Positions 1 to 10,815 of a stretch of DNA of 58,763 bases are shown piece by piece (the stretch's first letter is position 1; every line of letters starts with the position of its first letter). The notes under the pieces are model-generated. The model was not told the DNA's origin. It did no database searches and saw only the letters and a list, made by a program, of their open reading frames with translations. The translations under genes were made by a program, and so were the position numbers. Source of the DNA: Aquificaceae bacterium (GTDB lineage: Bacteria > Aquificota > Aquificia > Aquificales > Aquificaceae); assembly GCA_039630345.1 (NCBI GenBank), contig JBCNVD010000002.1, forward strand, positions 1 through 58,763, read 5' to 3'.

Positions 1-1
1 T

Positions 2-736
2 TTTTTAAAAAACATAAGCGACGCCCTTCGGGCGTCATTTAAAAAGCCAAAAGCTATAGTTCTGAGCTTTCCTCACAATCCAACAACGGCCTGCGTAAGT
101 CTTGAATTTTTCAAAGAAATAGTCTCAATCGCCAAAAAAGAGGAGGTTTTTGTAATCCACGATTTTGCCTATGCAGACCTTGGATTTGACGGCTATGAAC
201 CCCCAAGCATTATGCAAATAGAGGGCGCAAAAGAGGTTGCTGTCGAGATCTACTCTATGTCCAAGGGCTTTTCCATGGCAGGATGGAGAGTTGCCTTCAT
301 AGTTGGCAATCAATACCTTATAAAAAACCTCGCTCACCTTAAAAGCTATTTAGATTATGGGGTCTTTACGCCCATTCAGGTAGCTACCATAATAGCTCTT
401 GATAGCCCTTACGAAATAGTAGAGAGAGCAAGAGACACATACCAGAAAAGAAGAGACGCTCTTGTCGAAGGGCTTTTGCGTATAGGCTGGCAGGTCTCAA
501 AGCCAAAAGCCGGAATGTTTCTGTGGGCTAAAATCCCTGAGTGGATATCGCTTAAATCTCTTGAATTTTCGCTCTTTTTGCTTAATGAAGCAAAGGTTGT
601 GGTCTCGCCGGGCATAGGCTTTGGCGAATACGGAGAGGGTTATGTCCGCTTTGCCCTTGTTGAAAACGAGCAAAGGATCAAACAGGCCATAAGAGGCATT
701 AAAAAAGCCTTTGAAAAGCTAACTCAGCATGTATGA
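2..736 (+). CDS. PLP-dependent aminotransferase class I/II, AlaC/YfdZ-like (5' truncated by window)
   Basis: Frame is open from base 2 (FLKNISD...SFPHNPT...HDFAY), with the PLP-Lys motif [12 protein letters not shown] and AlaC-type [15 protein letters not shown]. Confidence 0.85.
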   Translation, partial: FLKNISDALRASFKKPKAIVLSFPHNPTTACVSLEFFKEIVSIAKKEEVFVIHDFAYADLGFDGYEPPSIMQIEGAKEVAVEIYSMSKGFSMAGWRVAFIVGNQYLIKNLAHLKSYLDYGVFTPIQVATIIALDSPYEIVERARDTYQKRRDALVEGLLRIGWQVSKPKAGMFLWAKIPEWISLKSLEFSLFLLNEAKVVVSPGIGFGEYGEGYVRFALVENEQRIKQAIRGIKKAFEKLTQHV

Positions 737-1353
737 CAGTTATTAAATTTTGTGGCTTTACGAGCTCTTTGGATCTGGAGTTTGCCGCCTCTTTAGGCGT
801 TGACTTTGTAGGTATCGTTCTTGTAAAGAGCAGTAAAAGATATGTAAGTTTTCAAAGGGCAAAGGAGCTTATAGACTCTATAAATGGCCCAAAGAAGGTT
901 GCGGTTTTGAAAAACCCAGAGCTCTCATTTGCGAAAAAGCTTCTTGATATTGGCTTTGACTTTCTTCAGCTTCATGGAAGTGAGGACATTTCCCTGATAG
1001 AAAAAGTTGGCAAAAGGAGGGTTATAAAAGCCTTTGGCACTTGCGAGGGTTTTAAGTTGCCAGATTGGTCTTACGAGGTTTTTGGGATTTTGTTAGATGC
1101 CTGCGAAGGAGGAGGCAGTGCAAGGCTTGCAAACTGGTCCATGGCTTTAGAAATTGCCAGAGCTCACCCAAGGGTGTTCCTGGCGGGGGGTTTAAACCCT
1201 GAAAATGTCTCAAGGGCCATAAAAGAGGTCAGACCCTTTGGTGTTGATGTCTCATCAGGCATTGAGAGCTCTTTTGGCGTTAAAGACTTTGAGAAGATGA
1301 AGAGCTTTATAAGGGGGGTTGCGGGGGGAATATCCCCCCGCGCTTTTGATTAA
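733..1353 (+). CDS. trpF: phosphoribosylanthranilate isomerase
   Basis: [31 protein letters not shown] motifs. Confidence 0.95.
   Translation: MTVIKFCGFTSSLDLEFAASLGVDFVGIVLVKSSKRYVSFQRAKELIDSINGPKKVAVLKNPELSFAKKLLDIGFDFLQLHGSEDISLIEKVGKRRVIKAFGTCEGFKLPDWSYEVFGILLDACEGGGSARLANWSMALEIARAHPRVFLAGGLNPENVSRAIKEVRPFGVDVSSGIESSFGVKDFEKMKSFIRGVAGGISPRAFD
1311..1343 (+). repeat. G6-G6-C6 palindromic repeat, copy A (inside trpF 3' end)
   Basis: AAGGGGGGTTGCGGGGGGAATATCCCCCCGCG; 9-bp stem 1321-1341; near-identical copies at 21444 and 35729. Confidence 0.85.
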
Positions 1354-2204
1354 AACATCCTTGGGGCAGTGCCTAGGCGCATAAGACGCTCTATGCGCTT
1401 TTTGGTAGATGGGTGGGTTGATAGAAGTTCGATAAGCCCTCCTGAGCTAAGGGGGTTTGCAATATACATATGTGCAGTTCCCGGGTTTACATGCTCTGGA
1501 ATTTGATGGATGTAGTTTTCTATCTTCTCAAGGGCGCTTGCAAGGGCAAGGGGGTCTGAGCTTATCTTGGCCCCAACCTCATCCGCCATATATTCGCGAG
1601 AGCGAGAGATTGCGAGCTGGATAAGAGACGCTATGATAGGGGTTATTATTATCATAAGAATCGAAGAGACTATCGAAAGAGGGTTTTGAGACTCTTCGTC
1701 CTCACTTTTAAATAGCATGCTAAATTGCAAAAAGTTGGCAAGGTAGCCAATTGCACCTGCTATGGTTGCTGCAATGGTTGCAACCAAAATGTCGCGGTTT
1801 TTGATGTGGGCAATTTCGTGAGCTATGACGCCTCTTACTTCGCGCTCATTTAGCAGGTTTAAAAGCCCTGAAGTTACTGCAACTACGCCGTTTGAAGGGC
1901 TTCTGCCGGTTGCAAAAGCGTTTGGTTGCTCTGAGGGAATTAAGTAAACCTTTGGCATGGGGATGTTTGCCCTTTGAGAGAGTTCTCTTACCATGTTATA
2001 AAGGGCGGGGGCCTGTTCTGGGGATATTGGCTTTGCGCCAGACATGGCAAGGACTATCTTGTCTGAGAAAAAGTAGGCTATGAAGTTCATAACCCCTGCC
2101 ATGATAAGGGCTATGAGAGCCCCTGATTTACCCCCTATGAAACTACCAAACGCCAGAAATATCCCGGTTAACAATCCAAGCAAAAGAGCGCTTCTTAGAG
2201 CCAT
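1350..2204 (-). CDS. htpX: zinc metalloprotease HtpX
   Basis: PNAFATG, HEIAH zinc motif, SRSREYMAD, STHP; GGAGG SD upstream. Confidence 0.95.
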   Translation of the reverse strand: MALRSALLLGLLTGIFLAFGSFIGGKSGALIALIMAGVMNFIAYFFSDKIVLAMSGAKPISPEQAPALYNMVRELSQRANIPMPKVYLIPSEQPNAFATGRSPSNGVVAVTSGLLNLLNEREVRGVIAHEIAHIKNRDILVATIAATIAGAIGYLANFLQFSMLFKSEDEESQNPLSIVSSILMIIITPIIASLIQLAISRSREYMADEVGAKISSDPLALASALEKIENYIHQIPEHVNPGTAHMYIANPLSSGGLIELLSTHPSTKKRIERLMRLGTAPRMF

Positions 2205-2252
2205 CTCTTACCTCCTACAGGTTTGTTTATAATAATATTAAAGCTACCTGTT

Positions 2253-3224
2253 ATGGCAACACACAAAAGAGAGGAAAAACTCCAGCTTGGGGGGTTTGAC
2301 GAGCGGTTTTACGCAATAGTCGGAAGGGCGGATGAAAATCTTAAATACTTCTCCCAGCTATTTGATGTAAAAATCAGCGCAAGGGGGACAGAGATTTTTA
2401 TAAAGGGCGAGGAGGACAAGGTCCAGAATGCGATGTATGTGATTCAGTCTCTCATAAAAGACTTGGCTGTTGCTGATTTAAGCCCGCAGGAAGTAAGAGA
2501 AAGGGCTAAAAATATCTTGAGTGCGCGCCAGCTTGAGATGGAAAGGGACGATAACATCATTTTAATAACCCACAGGAAAAAGGCTATAGCCCCAAAGACG
2601 CAAACGCAGGCTAAATACATAGAGGCTATAAAATCCAGCAATGTAGTGTTTGGCGTAGGTCCGGCAGGCACTGGCAAGACGTATCTTGCCATGGCTATGG
2701 CAATTTCGCATCTAAAGAGCAACTCAGTTAGCAAAATAATCCTTACAAGACCTGCGGTTGAAGCAGGCGAAAAGCTCGGGTTTTTACCAGGAGGCATCGC
2801 GGAAAAGGTAGACCCGTATTTAAGACCCCTTTATGACGCACTTTATGATATGGTTGATTACGAAAAGTGTGCCTATATGCTTGAAAGGAACATCATAGAG
2901 ATTGCCCCGCTTGCTTTTATGAGAGGAAGAACCTTAAATGACGCCTTTATTATCCTGGATGAGGCTCAAAATTCCACCAAAGAGCAGATGAAGATGTTTC
3001 TTACGCGCATAGGCTTTGGTTCAAAAGCGGTAATTACCGGCGACATTACCCAGATTGACCTTCCCAAAAGAGAACAATCAGGTCTTATAGAGGCAATAGA
3101 AGTCTTAAAAGATGTAGAGGGCATTGAATTCATCTGGTTTGACGAAAGTGACATTGTTCGCCATCCTATAGTTGCCAGGATTATCAAAGCTTATGAAGAG
3201 TTTGAAAAGGCAAAGCAGGGTTGA
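2253..3224 (+). CDS. phoH: PhoH-family ATPase
   Basis: GPAGTGKT, RPAVEAGEKLGFLPG, FMRGRTL, DEAQN; ATG 2253 preferred, TATAAT at 2228-2233. Confidence 0.93.
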   Translation: MATHKREEKLQLGGFDERFYAIVGRADENLKYFSQLFDVKISARGTEIFIKGEEDKVQNAMYVIQSLIKDLAVADLSPQEVRERAKNILSARQLEMERDDNIILITHRKKAIAPKTQTQAKYIEAIKSSNVVFGVGPAGTGKTYLAMAMAISHLKSNSVSKIILTRPAVEAGEKLGFLPGGIAEKVDPYLRPLYDALYDMVDYEKCAYMLERNIIEIAPLAFMRGRTLNDAFIILDEAQNSTKEQMKMFLTRIGFGSKAVITGDITQIDLPKREQSGLIEAIEVLKDVEGIEFIWFDESDIVRHPIVARIIKAYEEFEKAKQG

Positions 3225-3678
3225 GGTAAAGAGCGAAGCTGGATTTATAAATCTTTACTGGGTTAAGGCAATCGCTCAGACGCTTGTTGAGGCTTTTGAA
3301 ATAGACAGAATAGTTAGCATCTACATAACGGATGATCTGAGAATAAAAGACCTCAATAAGAAGTTTCGCAACATCAATAGCCCCACTGATGTTTTGTCTT
3401 TTGAGCTCTCTGAGTTTTATCTTGGCGAGATAGTAATTTCATGGCAAAGCGCAAAGAAAAATGCCCTTGAGAGCTCTCACTCTCTTAGGGAGGAGATAAA
3501 ACTTCTTCTAGCTCACGGCTTTACCCATCTTCTTGGTCTTGACCACGAGATTCCTGCTCAAAAAGAGCTATTTTTCTCCACAGAGAGAAAAGCTATTGAG
3601 ATAATTTCTAGAAAATTAACTACTTACAGCCTTTGCAATCTCTCTCGCAATGGCGTTCATTCTCCTTATGTATCTTGA
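3193..3678 (+). CDS. ybeY: rRNA maturation endoribonuclease YbeY
   Basis: [25 protein letters not shown]; follows phoH; ATG 3193 preferred. Confidence 0.92.
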   Translation: MKSLKRQSRVEVKSEAGFINLYWVKAIAQTLVEAFEIDRIVSIYITDDLRIKDLNKKFRNINSPTDVLSFELSEFYLGEIVISWQSAKKNALESSHSLREEIKLLLAHGFTHLLGLDHEIPAQKELFFSTERKAIEIISRKLTTYSLCNLSRNGVHSPYVS

Positions 3679-4449
3679 GCGCTCCTGCACCGAGATTGCT
3701 CCCCTTGCGTCAAGAAGGTTAAAAATGTGCGAGCATTTAAGTAGCTGGTCGTAAGAAGGAAGCATTAGCCCTTCAGATATGAGTCTTTTTGCCTCTGACT
3801 CGTGAAGCTCGTAAAGCTTAAATAAAACCTCCGGGTCACTCTTTTGGAAGTTATATTCGCTCCATTCTCTTTCTAGTTTTTTAAAAATGTCTCCATATGA
3901 GATTTCACTATTCCAGCTAATGTCAAAGACGCTTTCAACATCTTGCAAAAATGTCGCTATTCTCTCAAGACCGTAAGTGATCTCAACAGGTATGACCTCC
4001 AGGTCTATTCCCCCCACTTGCTGAAAGTATGTAAACTGCGTTATTTCCATGCCGTCAAGCCACACCTCCCACCCAAGACCCCATGCACCAAGGGTAGGAG
4101 ACTCCCAATCATCTTCCACAAACCTTATATCGTGCTCCTTTGGCTCAATCCCCAGAGCTCTAAGACTATTTAGGTACAGCCCTATAGGGTCCTCAGGAGC
4201 AGGTTTTAAAATGACCTGAAACTGAAAGTAGTGCTGAAGTCTATTCGGGTTTTCTCCATATCTGCCGTCTTTTGGTCTTCTGCATGGCTCAACGTAAGCT
4301 ACATTCCATGGTCTTTTCCCAAGCGCCATAAAGAAAGTGGCAGGGTTCATAGTCCCTGCGCCTTTTTCAATATCATAAGGTTGCCATATCAAACACCCGT
4401 TATCTGCCCAGAAACGTGAGAGTGTTAAAATAAGCTCCTGAAAGTGCAT
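3616..4449 (-). CDS. glyQ: glycyl-tRNA synthetase alpha subunit
   Basis: [43 protein letters not shown] overlaps the dnaN stop (TGATG). Confidence 0.97.
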   Translation of the reverse strand: MHFQELILTLSRFWADNGCLIWQPYDIEKGAGTMNPATFFMALGKRPWNVAYVEPCRRPKDGRYGENPNRLQHYFQFQVILKPAPEDPIGLYLNSLRALGIEPKEHDIRFVEDDWESPTLGAWGLGWEVWLDGMEITQFTYFQQVGGIDLEVIPVEITYGLERIATFLQDVESVFDISWNSEISYGDIFKKLEREWSEYNFQKSDPEVLFKLYELHESEAKRLISEGLMLPSYDQLLKCSHIFNLLDARGAISVQERSRYIRRMNAIAREIAKAVSS

Positions 4450-5522
4450 CAAAGCCTCATTGGCATAACGACACATTTAAATGGCTCTTCGTCAGAGCTT
4501 ATAACAACGGGGCTATCAGGGTCTAAGAGGTTAAAAGCCACCATCTGGGCGCTAAACTCACCAAGAGCGTCTATTAGATACTTTCCATTAAAGCCTATCT
4601 CTATGCTCTCAGAGCCCTGACTTAGCTCCATCTCGTCGCTCCCCTCGCCAAATTCCGGGTCTGATATCTCAAGTCTTAAACTGCTCTGGGAAAAAGAGAG
4701 CTTTATAGGAAAGGAAGAAGATTCCGCTATAACTGAGAGTCTTCTGATGCATTCAAGGAGCTCCTGTCTATCCAGAAGTATTTTGTAGTTAAAGCTCTTT
4801 GGTATAACGCTATCGTAATCTGGATAATCCCCCTCTAAAAGCCTGCAAGATAGCTTCCATTCCTGACCCTGAAGGTGAATAAAAGACTCGTCGCTACCTA
4901 TTTGCACGCTTCCTGTTTCGCCTTTCAAAAGCGTAGAGAGGGCTCTTAGGCTCTTTCTTGGCAGGATGATACTTAGCCCAACCTCTGGCTCAATCTGATA
5001 AAGAGCAAGCCTATGCCCATCTGAGCCTACAAATCGCGTTGTCCCTGCTTTTCCGTGGATATAAAGCCCCTGAAGCGCATATCTTGAATCCTCTTTTGAT
5101 ATGGCGTGCTCGACCTTTTCACAGGCTCTTAATAGATCAAGAGCCCCAAGCTCATTTGAAAGCTCTGCCTTGGGAAAGTCCGGAAAGTCCTCCGGGTCTG
5201 CAACATTTAGCTTAAACTTTGACTTCCCTCCAGAGATTAAAAGCCTTTGCTCTTTTACCTCAAGCGAAACCTTGGTAGAGCTCACCCCTTTAACCACGCC
5301 AAGGAGCTTATCCGCATTAACAAGACACTCAAAATCCTCCTCAACTTCCCCCACCTTAATCTCAAGGTAACTCTCAAGGTCTGTCGCCCTAACTATCAAC
5401 TCTCCCCCCTTTTGCAAAATCAGGAAATTATTCAAAACCGGCAACGCAGACTTTTTCTCTGTCGCGCTCTTTGCCTTTTGCAACACCTCAACCAAATCTG
5501 TTCTATCTAACTCCACCCTCAC
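4449..5522 (-). CDS. dnaN: DNA polymerase III beta sliding clamp
   Basis: [29 protein letters not shown]-terminal VVMPMRL. Confidence 0.95.
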   Translation of the reverse strand: MRVELDRTDLVEVLQKAKSATEKKSALPVLNNFLILQKGGELIVRATDLESYLEIKVGEVEEDFECLVNADKLLGVVKGVSSTKVSLEVKEQRLLISGGKSKFKLNVADPEDFPDFPKAELSNELGALDLLRACEKVEHAISKEDSRYALQGLYIHGKAGTTRFVGSDGHRLALYQIEPEVGLSIILPRKSLRALSTLLKGETGSVQIGSDESFIHLQGQEWKLSCRLLEGDYPDYDSVIPKSFNYKILLDRQELLECIRRLSVIAESSSFPIKLSFSQSSLRLEISDPEFGEGSDEMELSQGSESIEIGFNGKYLIDALGEFSAQMVAFNLLDPDSPVVISSDEEPFKCVVMPMRL

Positions 5523-5541
5523 ACTTAAATTCTAAACCAAA

Positions 5542-5583
5542 ACGAGGGGGGGGGGCTGACCCCCGCAAAAACCCCACCCCCCC
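5542..5583 (-). repeat. degenerate G-tract hairpin element (copy D) containing a G10 run at 5546-5555
   Basis: Minus strand reads GGGGGGGTGGGGTTTTTGCGGGGGTCAG-C10-TCGT. Confidence 0.45.
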
Positions 5584-5603
5584 AAGTAAAGTCAAACCCA
5601 ACA

Positions 5604-5637
5604 CGACGGGGGGCAAAGCCCCCCTTCAACCCCCCAT
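5604..5637 (-). repeat. G6-G6-C6 hairpin element, variant copy E
   Basis: Minus strand ATGGGGGGTTGAAGGGGGGCTTTGCCCCCCGTCG; same architecture as copy A. Confidence 0.6.
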
Positions 5638-5656
5638 AGGGTTATACTTTTAGTGT

Positions 5657-7081
5657 ATGCTCTATATGGATTTTTTCCTTGGCGGAAAGTGGGTAAGCTC
5701 TGAAGATAAGCTTCAGGTAATCCATCCTTATACAAATGAGCCTGTTGGTGCTGTCTCAAAGGCAAGCGCCCTGGATGCAAAAGAAGCCATAGAAATAGCC
5801 TACGAAGCCCAGGAAGAGGTCTCAAGCCTTACCTCTTTTGAAAGATACGAAATTTTAATGCGCGCTTCCTCTTTGCTAAAGTCCAGAGCCGAAGAGTTTG
5901 AAAGGATGCTCGTTCTGGAAGCTGGAAAAACCATCAAAGAAGCGCGCACAGAGGTCTCAAGAGCCATCCAGACTTTAATATTCTCTGCAGAAGAGGCAAA
6001 GCGTATAGGCGGAGAGGTCTTTCCAGTTGATGCCCATCCAAACGGCCGAGGAAAGTTTGGCTTTTACATAAGAGAGCCGGCAGGCGTAGTCGTTGCAATA
6101 ACGCCTTTTAACTTCCCGCTTAATCTATCTTTGCATAAGCTCGCCCCTGCATTTGCTGCGGGAAACCCTGTTATCCTAAAGCCTTCAGAGAAAACCCCCA
6201 TAACCCCCCTTATGCTCGCAGAGCTATTGCTCGAAGCCGGTTTTCCCCCAAAAGCTCTAAGCGTCCTTCCCGGTGATGCGGAAGTTGGCAAAGCTCTAAC
6301 TAAGAGCGAGCTTGTCAGGGTAGTTTCCTTTACTGGCAGTAAAAAAATAGGCGAGATGATCTCTTCTCAAGTAGGTATCAAGCGTCTTGTTCTTGAGCTT
6401 GGTTCAAATTCTGCGCTGATTATTCACAAAGACGCAAACTTAAAAAAAGCTCTCAAAAGCGCCGTTCTTGGCTCTTATGCAATAGCGGGTCAGGTTTGCA
6501 TCTCTATCCAGAGACTTTTGGTTCACGAAGAAATCTATGGGGAATTTTCACAGATGCTAAAAAAAGCAATAAAAGAGCTAAAGATTGGAGACCCAATGAG
6601 CGAATCCACAGATGTCGGTCCTGTAATATCCCTTTCTGAAAAGGCCAGAATTTTAGACTGGATAGAAAGCGCAAAATCAGAGGGCGCAAAAATCCTGCAG
6701 GGCGGAGAATCCCTTGAAGGGTGTTTAATTAGCCCTGCTTTGATTGCGGATGTATCTCAAAATTCTCCTCTCGTTCGTGAAGAGGCCTTTGCCCCTCTTG
6801 TTGTGATGATGCCTTACAAAGACCCTGACGAGGCTATAAGCATAGTCAATAGCTCAAGCTACGGTCTTCAAACCGGCATTTTTACAAACGACCTCTCACT
6901 TGCGTGGCACTTTATCAAAAATATCAAATGCGGGGGGGTTTTAATAAACGAATCGCCGTCTTTTCGCGCAGACCATATGCCCTACGGGGGCTATAAAATG
7001 TCAGGTATAGGTAGAGAAGGTCCCAGATTTGCAATTCAAGACTATACTGAAATAAAAACCGTAATATTTGACCTATCATGA
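5657..7081 (+). CDS. aldehyde dehydrogenase family protein
   Basis: ITPFNFPLNL, KPSEKTP, FTGS, LELGSN, GQVCIS (catalytic Cys), EEAFAP, PYGGYKMSGIGREG. Confidence 0.93.
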   Translation: MLYMDFFLGGKWVSSEDKLQVIHPYTNEPVGAVSKASALDAKEAIEIAYEAQEEVSSLTSFERYEILMRASSLLKSRAEEFERMLVLEAGKTIKEARTEVSRAIQTLIFSAEEAKRIGGEVFPVDAHPNGRGKFGFYIREPAGVVVAITPFNFPLNLSLHKLAPAFAAGNPVILKPSEKTPITPLMLAELLLEAGFPPKALSVLPGDAEVGKALTKSELVRVVSFTGSKKIGEMISSQVGIKRLVLELGSNSALIIHKDANLKKALKSAVLGSYAIAGQVCISIQRLLVHEEIYGEFSQMLKKAIKELKIGDPMSESTDVGPVISLSEKARILDWIESAKSEGAKILQGGESLEGCLISPALIADVSQNSPLVREEAFAPLVVMMPYKDPDEAISIVNSSSYGLQTGIFTNDLSLAWHFIKNIKCGGVLINESPSFRADHMPYGGYKMSGIGREGPRFAIQDYTEIKTVIFDLS

Positions 7082-7386
7082 GCGTCAGACACGAACTAAG
7101 AAACTATCTCGAAAAGGTTTTAAAATCAGGCATCGAAAAGCTCTCTTCAGAGCCCGAGAGGGTATTTCTGGTTTTTAAATCAGGCGATACCCCGGTTGAC
7201 TTTCACGAGCTTGCGCAAAGTGACTTTAAAGAGCTGGTTGATACCTCTACCCGCCTTGGTCTTGAGGCAAAGGTAAAAAATCAGGAATTTCTCTGCTTTG
7301 TCTTTTTATCTAACGGAAAGCTCTTTACAGAGCCTTCAGGTCTTGAAGAGAAAATAGCACCGCTTCTGGAGCAGGCTTTTGACTAA
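7078..7386 (+). CDS. hypothetical protein
   Basis: 102-aa ORF coupled by ATGA overlap to the upstream gene and overlapping the ispD start; no recognised motif. Confidence 0.7.
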   Translation: MSVRHELRNYLEKVLKSGIEKLSSEPERVFLVFKSGDTPVDFHELAQSDFKELVDTSTRLGLEAKVKNQEFLCFVFLSNGKLFTEPSGLEEKIAPLLEQAFD

Positions 7387-8026
7387 AGATATTGGCATAA
7401 TTCTTGCCTGCGCAGGCAAGGGGGAGCGTTTTGGCAAAAAAAAGCAGTTTGAATACCTTGGCGAAAAGCCCCTATTTCTGTATGCTCTTGAAACAGCTCT
7501 TAAAATAACTGAAAATGTAGTTCTCGTTTTGCCAAACGAGGATATAAACTCTGTAAAGGCAGATGTTCTTAAGGTAGAAGGCGGAAAAACCCGTCAGGAA
7601 TCAGTCTATAGAGGTCTCCTTGCTCTAAAGAATGCAGAGATTGTTTTAATTCACGATTGTGTAAGACCATTTGCAAGTCCTGAACTTTTCAAAAAGGTCT
7701 CTAACCTTTCAGGTTTTGACGGTCTTATCCCCGCCTTGCCAGTTTCGCAAACCGTTAAAAAAGTTTTAAATGGCGAAATTATTGGCACCATAGACCGCGA
7801 AGGTCTGTGGCTTTCGCAAACCCCGCAGGGTTTTAAATACGAGGTTTTGCTAAGCTGTCATAAGCTGTCAGTTGGCGCTTGTTTAACAGATGATGCCTCC
7901 TTGCTTGAAAGATGTGGCTATAAAGTCGGCATAATCCCTGGAGAAGCCTTTAACATAAAAATAACCACGCCAGAAGATATGGAGCTTGCCCGCGCTATAC
8001 TAAAAGCCAATGACCGGCGAGCTTAA
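7379..8026 (+). CDS. ispD: 2-C-methyl-D-erythritol 4-phosphate cytidylyltransferase
   Basis: [46 protein letters not shown]. Confidence 0.95.
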   Translation: MTKDIGIILACAGKGERFGKKKQFEYLGEKPLFLYALETALKITENVVLVLPNEDINSVKADVLKVEGGKTRQESVYRGLLALKNAEIVLIHDCVRPFASPELFKKVSNLSGFDGLIPALPVSQTVKKVLNGEIIGTIDREGLWLSQTPQGFKYEVLLSCHKLSVGACLTDDASLLERCGYKVGIIPGEAFNIKITTPEDMELARAILKANDRRA

Positions 8027-9104
8027 GCTAAAGATTGAAGAGTTATTAAATGCTCTGTCAGAACTCTATCTTGCCTTTGACGCTGAATCTCTAAAGAAAG
8101 AGCTTCAGGAAATTGACATAAAGATGTCCAAGCCTGATTTCTGGGAAAACCCCGAGCTTTCAAAAACTCTCACCCAGAGAAGAAACTGGATAGAGCAAAC
8201 TTTAAAAGAGCTTGATACTATCTCAAAGAGCTTAAAAGACGCAAAAGACCTTCTTTCTCTGGCGGAAGATAGCCAGACCATAGAGCTTATATCAGAAGAG
8301 GTCTTCTCAGCTGAGAAGATTCTAAGAGCTCTTGAAATAAAGGCTTTTCTATCCGGCGAGATGGATATAAAAGATGCTTATCTGACCGTGCAGGCAGGTG
8401 CAGGTGGGGTAGAAGCCTGCGACTGGGCAAATATGCTCCTTCGCATGTATCAGCGCTGGGCCGAAAAAAGAGGCTATAAGGTAGAGCTAATAGACATAAA
8501 CCCAGATGACGTTGCAGGTATTAAAAGTGCAACCCTTCTTATAAGGGGCGAGTATGCCTATGGCTATTTAAAGTCAGAGCACGGAGTTCACAGGCTAGTT
8601 AGAATCTCCCCCTTTGACGCAAACGCAAGAAGACATACCTCTTTCGCAAGCGTTAGCATAATGCCTTACATAGACCAGGAAGTGAAGGTAGAGATAAACG
8701 AAGATGACATAGAGATGGAAACCTTTAGAGCAAGCGGAGCAGGCGGTCAATACGTTAACAAAACCGACACTGCGGTTAGACTAAGACACAAACCAACTGG
8801 CATTGTTGTTACCTGCCAGCAAGAGCGCTCTCAACTTCAGAACCGCCTCAAGGCGCTTGAGCTACTCAAAGCCAGACTCTACCAGCTGGAGCTTGAAAAA
8901 CTCGAAGAGAAAAAGCGAGAGCTAAGCGGCGAAAAGACCGATGTAAGCTGGGGTCATCAGATTCGCTCTTACATCTTTCAGCCTCATCAATTAGTTAAAG
9001 ACCTTCGCACGGGCTTTGAAACAGGTAATGTTCAGGCCGTCATGGACGGAGATATTCAGGCTTTTATGGAGGAATACCTTCGCTGGAAGGCAAAAACGCG
9101 CTAA
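8010..9104 (+). CDS. prfB: peptide chain release factor 2 (continuous ORF)
   Basis: SPF anticodon motif (RISPFD), GGQ motif, [10 protein letters not shown]. Confidence 0.97.
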   Translation: MTGELKLKIEELLNALSELYLAFDAESLKKELQEIDIKMSKPDFWENPELSKTLTQRRNWIEQTLKELDTISKSLKDAKDLLSLAEDSQTIELISEEVFSAEKILRALEIKAFLSGEMDIKDAYLTVQAGAGGVEACDWANMLLRMYQRWAEKRGYKVELIDINPDDVAGIKSATLLIRGEYAYGYLKSEHGVHRLVRISPFDANARRHTSFASVSIMPYIDQEVKVEINEDDIEMETFRASGAGGQYVNKTDTAVRLRHKPTGIVVTCQQERSQLQNRLKALELLKARLYQLELEKLEEKKRELSGEKTDVSWGHQIRSYIFQPHQLVKDLRTGFETGNVQAVMDGDIQAFMEEYLRWKAKTR

Positions 9105-9757
9105 AACTTATCTGGATTTTAAAAACCTCTTCAACCCAGGATATTGCAAAGCGCTTAAGTCCCAATTCAGCTGTAATATCCACACTCCAGACCGAAGGCA
9201 GAGGAAGAGTAGGTAAAAAGTGGCACTCAGAAGAGGGCGGTTTGTATCTAAGTCTCAACATACCAAAACCTGAAAATAGCCAAGAGCTTCTCTCTCTTAC
9301 AATCGGGCTTGCCGTTGCTAAACTTTTAGAGAGCTTTGGATTAAATCCCGGCATCAAATGGGTCAACGACATTTACTATCAGGACAAAAAACTTGCAGGG
9401 ATTTTAATTGAAAACCTCAAAAACTCCTCCATAATTGGCATTGGTATGAATGTAAACCAGAGGTCTTTTCCCGAAGGACTGAATGCCAGCTCTCTTTATC
9501 TTATATTCAAAAAAGAGTTTTCCCTCAAAGAAGTGGCTCTGGAGCTATTTAAAAACATCTTCTTATGTTTAAAAGAACTCTCAGAAAGCCCTGAAGAGGT
9601 TATAAAAGAGGTCTCAAAAAGGCTTTTATATGTTGGAAGCGTGGCAACCTCTAAAAACCTCACCGGCACTTTCATAGGCATCTCCCAAAATGGCTCTGCT
9701 CTTTTAAAATCCGGGGGAAAAATCTTTGAAATCACCTCAGGTGAGCTAAAGTTTTAA
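9083..9757 (+). CDS. birA: biotin--[acetyl-CoA carboxylase] ligase, group I (no HTH); start uncertain, CTG proposed
   Basis: Frame of the 9242 ORF extends upstream through [12 protein letters not shown]...[35 protein letters not shown] downstream. Confidence 0.88.
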   Translation: MEGKNALKLIWILKTSSTQDIAKRLSPNSAVISTLQTEGRGRVGKKWHSEEGGLYLSLNIPKPENSQELLSLTIGLAVAKLLESFGLNPGIKWVNDIYYQDKKLAGILIENLKNSSIIGIGMNVNQRSFPEGLNASSLYLIFKKEFSLKEVALELFKNIFLCLKELSESPEEVIKEVSKRLLYVGSVATSKNLTGTFIGISQNGSALLKSGGKIFEITSGELKF

Positions 9758-10815
9758 AAAACAGCCAGATTATCAGCGTGTATTACTTCTTCTTTTTGAG
9801 ACTTTAAAATCCTCTTTACCTCCTCTCCCCTTTTGCTAATGACTTTTCTTATCTCTTCTGAAGAGAAATTAACCTTTCCTTTTCCCGCAAGAGCCCCATC
9901 AGGGGAATATATAATAACCATATCACCCCTTTTAAAACTGCCCTCAACCTTTTTTATACCGACTGCAAGAAGGCTTTTACCCTCTTTTATGGCTCTGTAA
10001 GCTCCGCCATCTATCTGCAAAGCGCCCATCGTTTCCTGATATAGAGCAAGCAAACTCTTTCTGCCCCTTAGGCTCTTTTTAGCAGGTAAAAAGGTCGTTC
10101 CTTTGGTCTTTCCTCCTAAAATCTCAACAAGGCTATCTTCTTTGCCGGTTATTATCACCTTTATCCCAAGACTCGTGGCAATTTTCGTTGCATTTAACTT
10201 GCTTCTCATCCCCCCACTTCCAAAGTCACTGCCAGAAGCTCTAACATAGCCCATAACCTCATCTATGTTTTCTACTAGCTTAACTATCTTCCCATCCGGC
10301 GCTTCAAGCCCACCTGCTGTGGAAAAAAGAACTATCAGCCCTGCCCCAAGAGCCTGCGCTGTGTAGACCGCAAGAAAGTCATTATCGCCAAACAGTAGCT
10401 CAGAAATCCCCACTGTGTCGTTTTCGTTAACTATAGGCACTGCACCAAGCTTTAGTATCTTTTCAAATACATCCACAACGGTCTTTTTTCTGTTTTTGTC
10501 TTTGAAAACATCAGCAGTTAATAAAACCTGAGCTACAAATAGCCCGTAGTTTGAAAAAATCGTCTCATATGTATGCATTAGTTTGGTCTGACCAATCGCC
10601 GCAATAGCCTGCTTTAGAACCACATCCTCTGGTTTTTTGTCTATCCCCAGGCGTTTAACCCCGCAAAGCACCGCCCCTGAAGAAACCACAATTACTCTAT
10701 AACCCATTTTTAATATCTCTCTTATCTCTCTTGCAAGTTTTGCAACAAATCCAAGGTCTATATCCCCCCCCTGGTCTTTGAGCATATTTGAACCCACCTT
10801 TACCACCACAATCAT
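9754..10815 (-). CDS. proB: glutamate 5-kinase with PUA domain
   Basis: VVKVGS, VSSGAV, NENDT, FGDNDFLA, GSGGMRSK, C-terminal IHADNL. Confidence 0.96.
   Translation of the reverse strand: MIVVVKVGSNMLKDQGGDIDLGFVAKLAREIREILKMGYRVIVVSSGAVLCGVKRLGIDKKPEDVVLKQAIAAIGQTKLMHTYETIFSNYGLFVAQVLLTADVFKDKNRKKTVVDVFEKILKLGAVPIVNENDTVGISELLFGDNDFLAVYTAQALGAGLIVLFSTAGGLEAPDGKIVKLVENIDEVMGYVRASGSDFGSGGMRSKLNATKIATSLGIKVIITGKEDSLVEILGGKTKGTTFLPAKKSLRGRKSLLALYQETMGALQIDGGAYRAIKEGKSLLAVGIKKVEGSFKRGDMVIIYSPDGALAGKGKVNFSSEEIRKVISKRGEEVKRILKSQKEEVIHADNLAVF

Noticed and set aside
20..36. Hairpin GACGCCC-TTC-GGGCGTC followed by ATTT, resembling a terminator
   Set aside because: Lies inside the open aminotransferase frame (DALRAS) and has no proper U-tract
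3616..3678. Long convergent 3' overlaps (ybeY/glyQ 63 bp; also 33991-34035 and 38044-38108)
   Set aside because: Common in compact genomes; overlapped tails are non-conserved extensions and no regulatory role can be supported
5523..5656. Possible oriC or tRNA upstream of dnaN
   Set aside because: No TTATCCACA-type DnaA boxes, AT-rich unwinding element, dnaA gene or cloverleaf/T-loop motif
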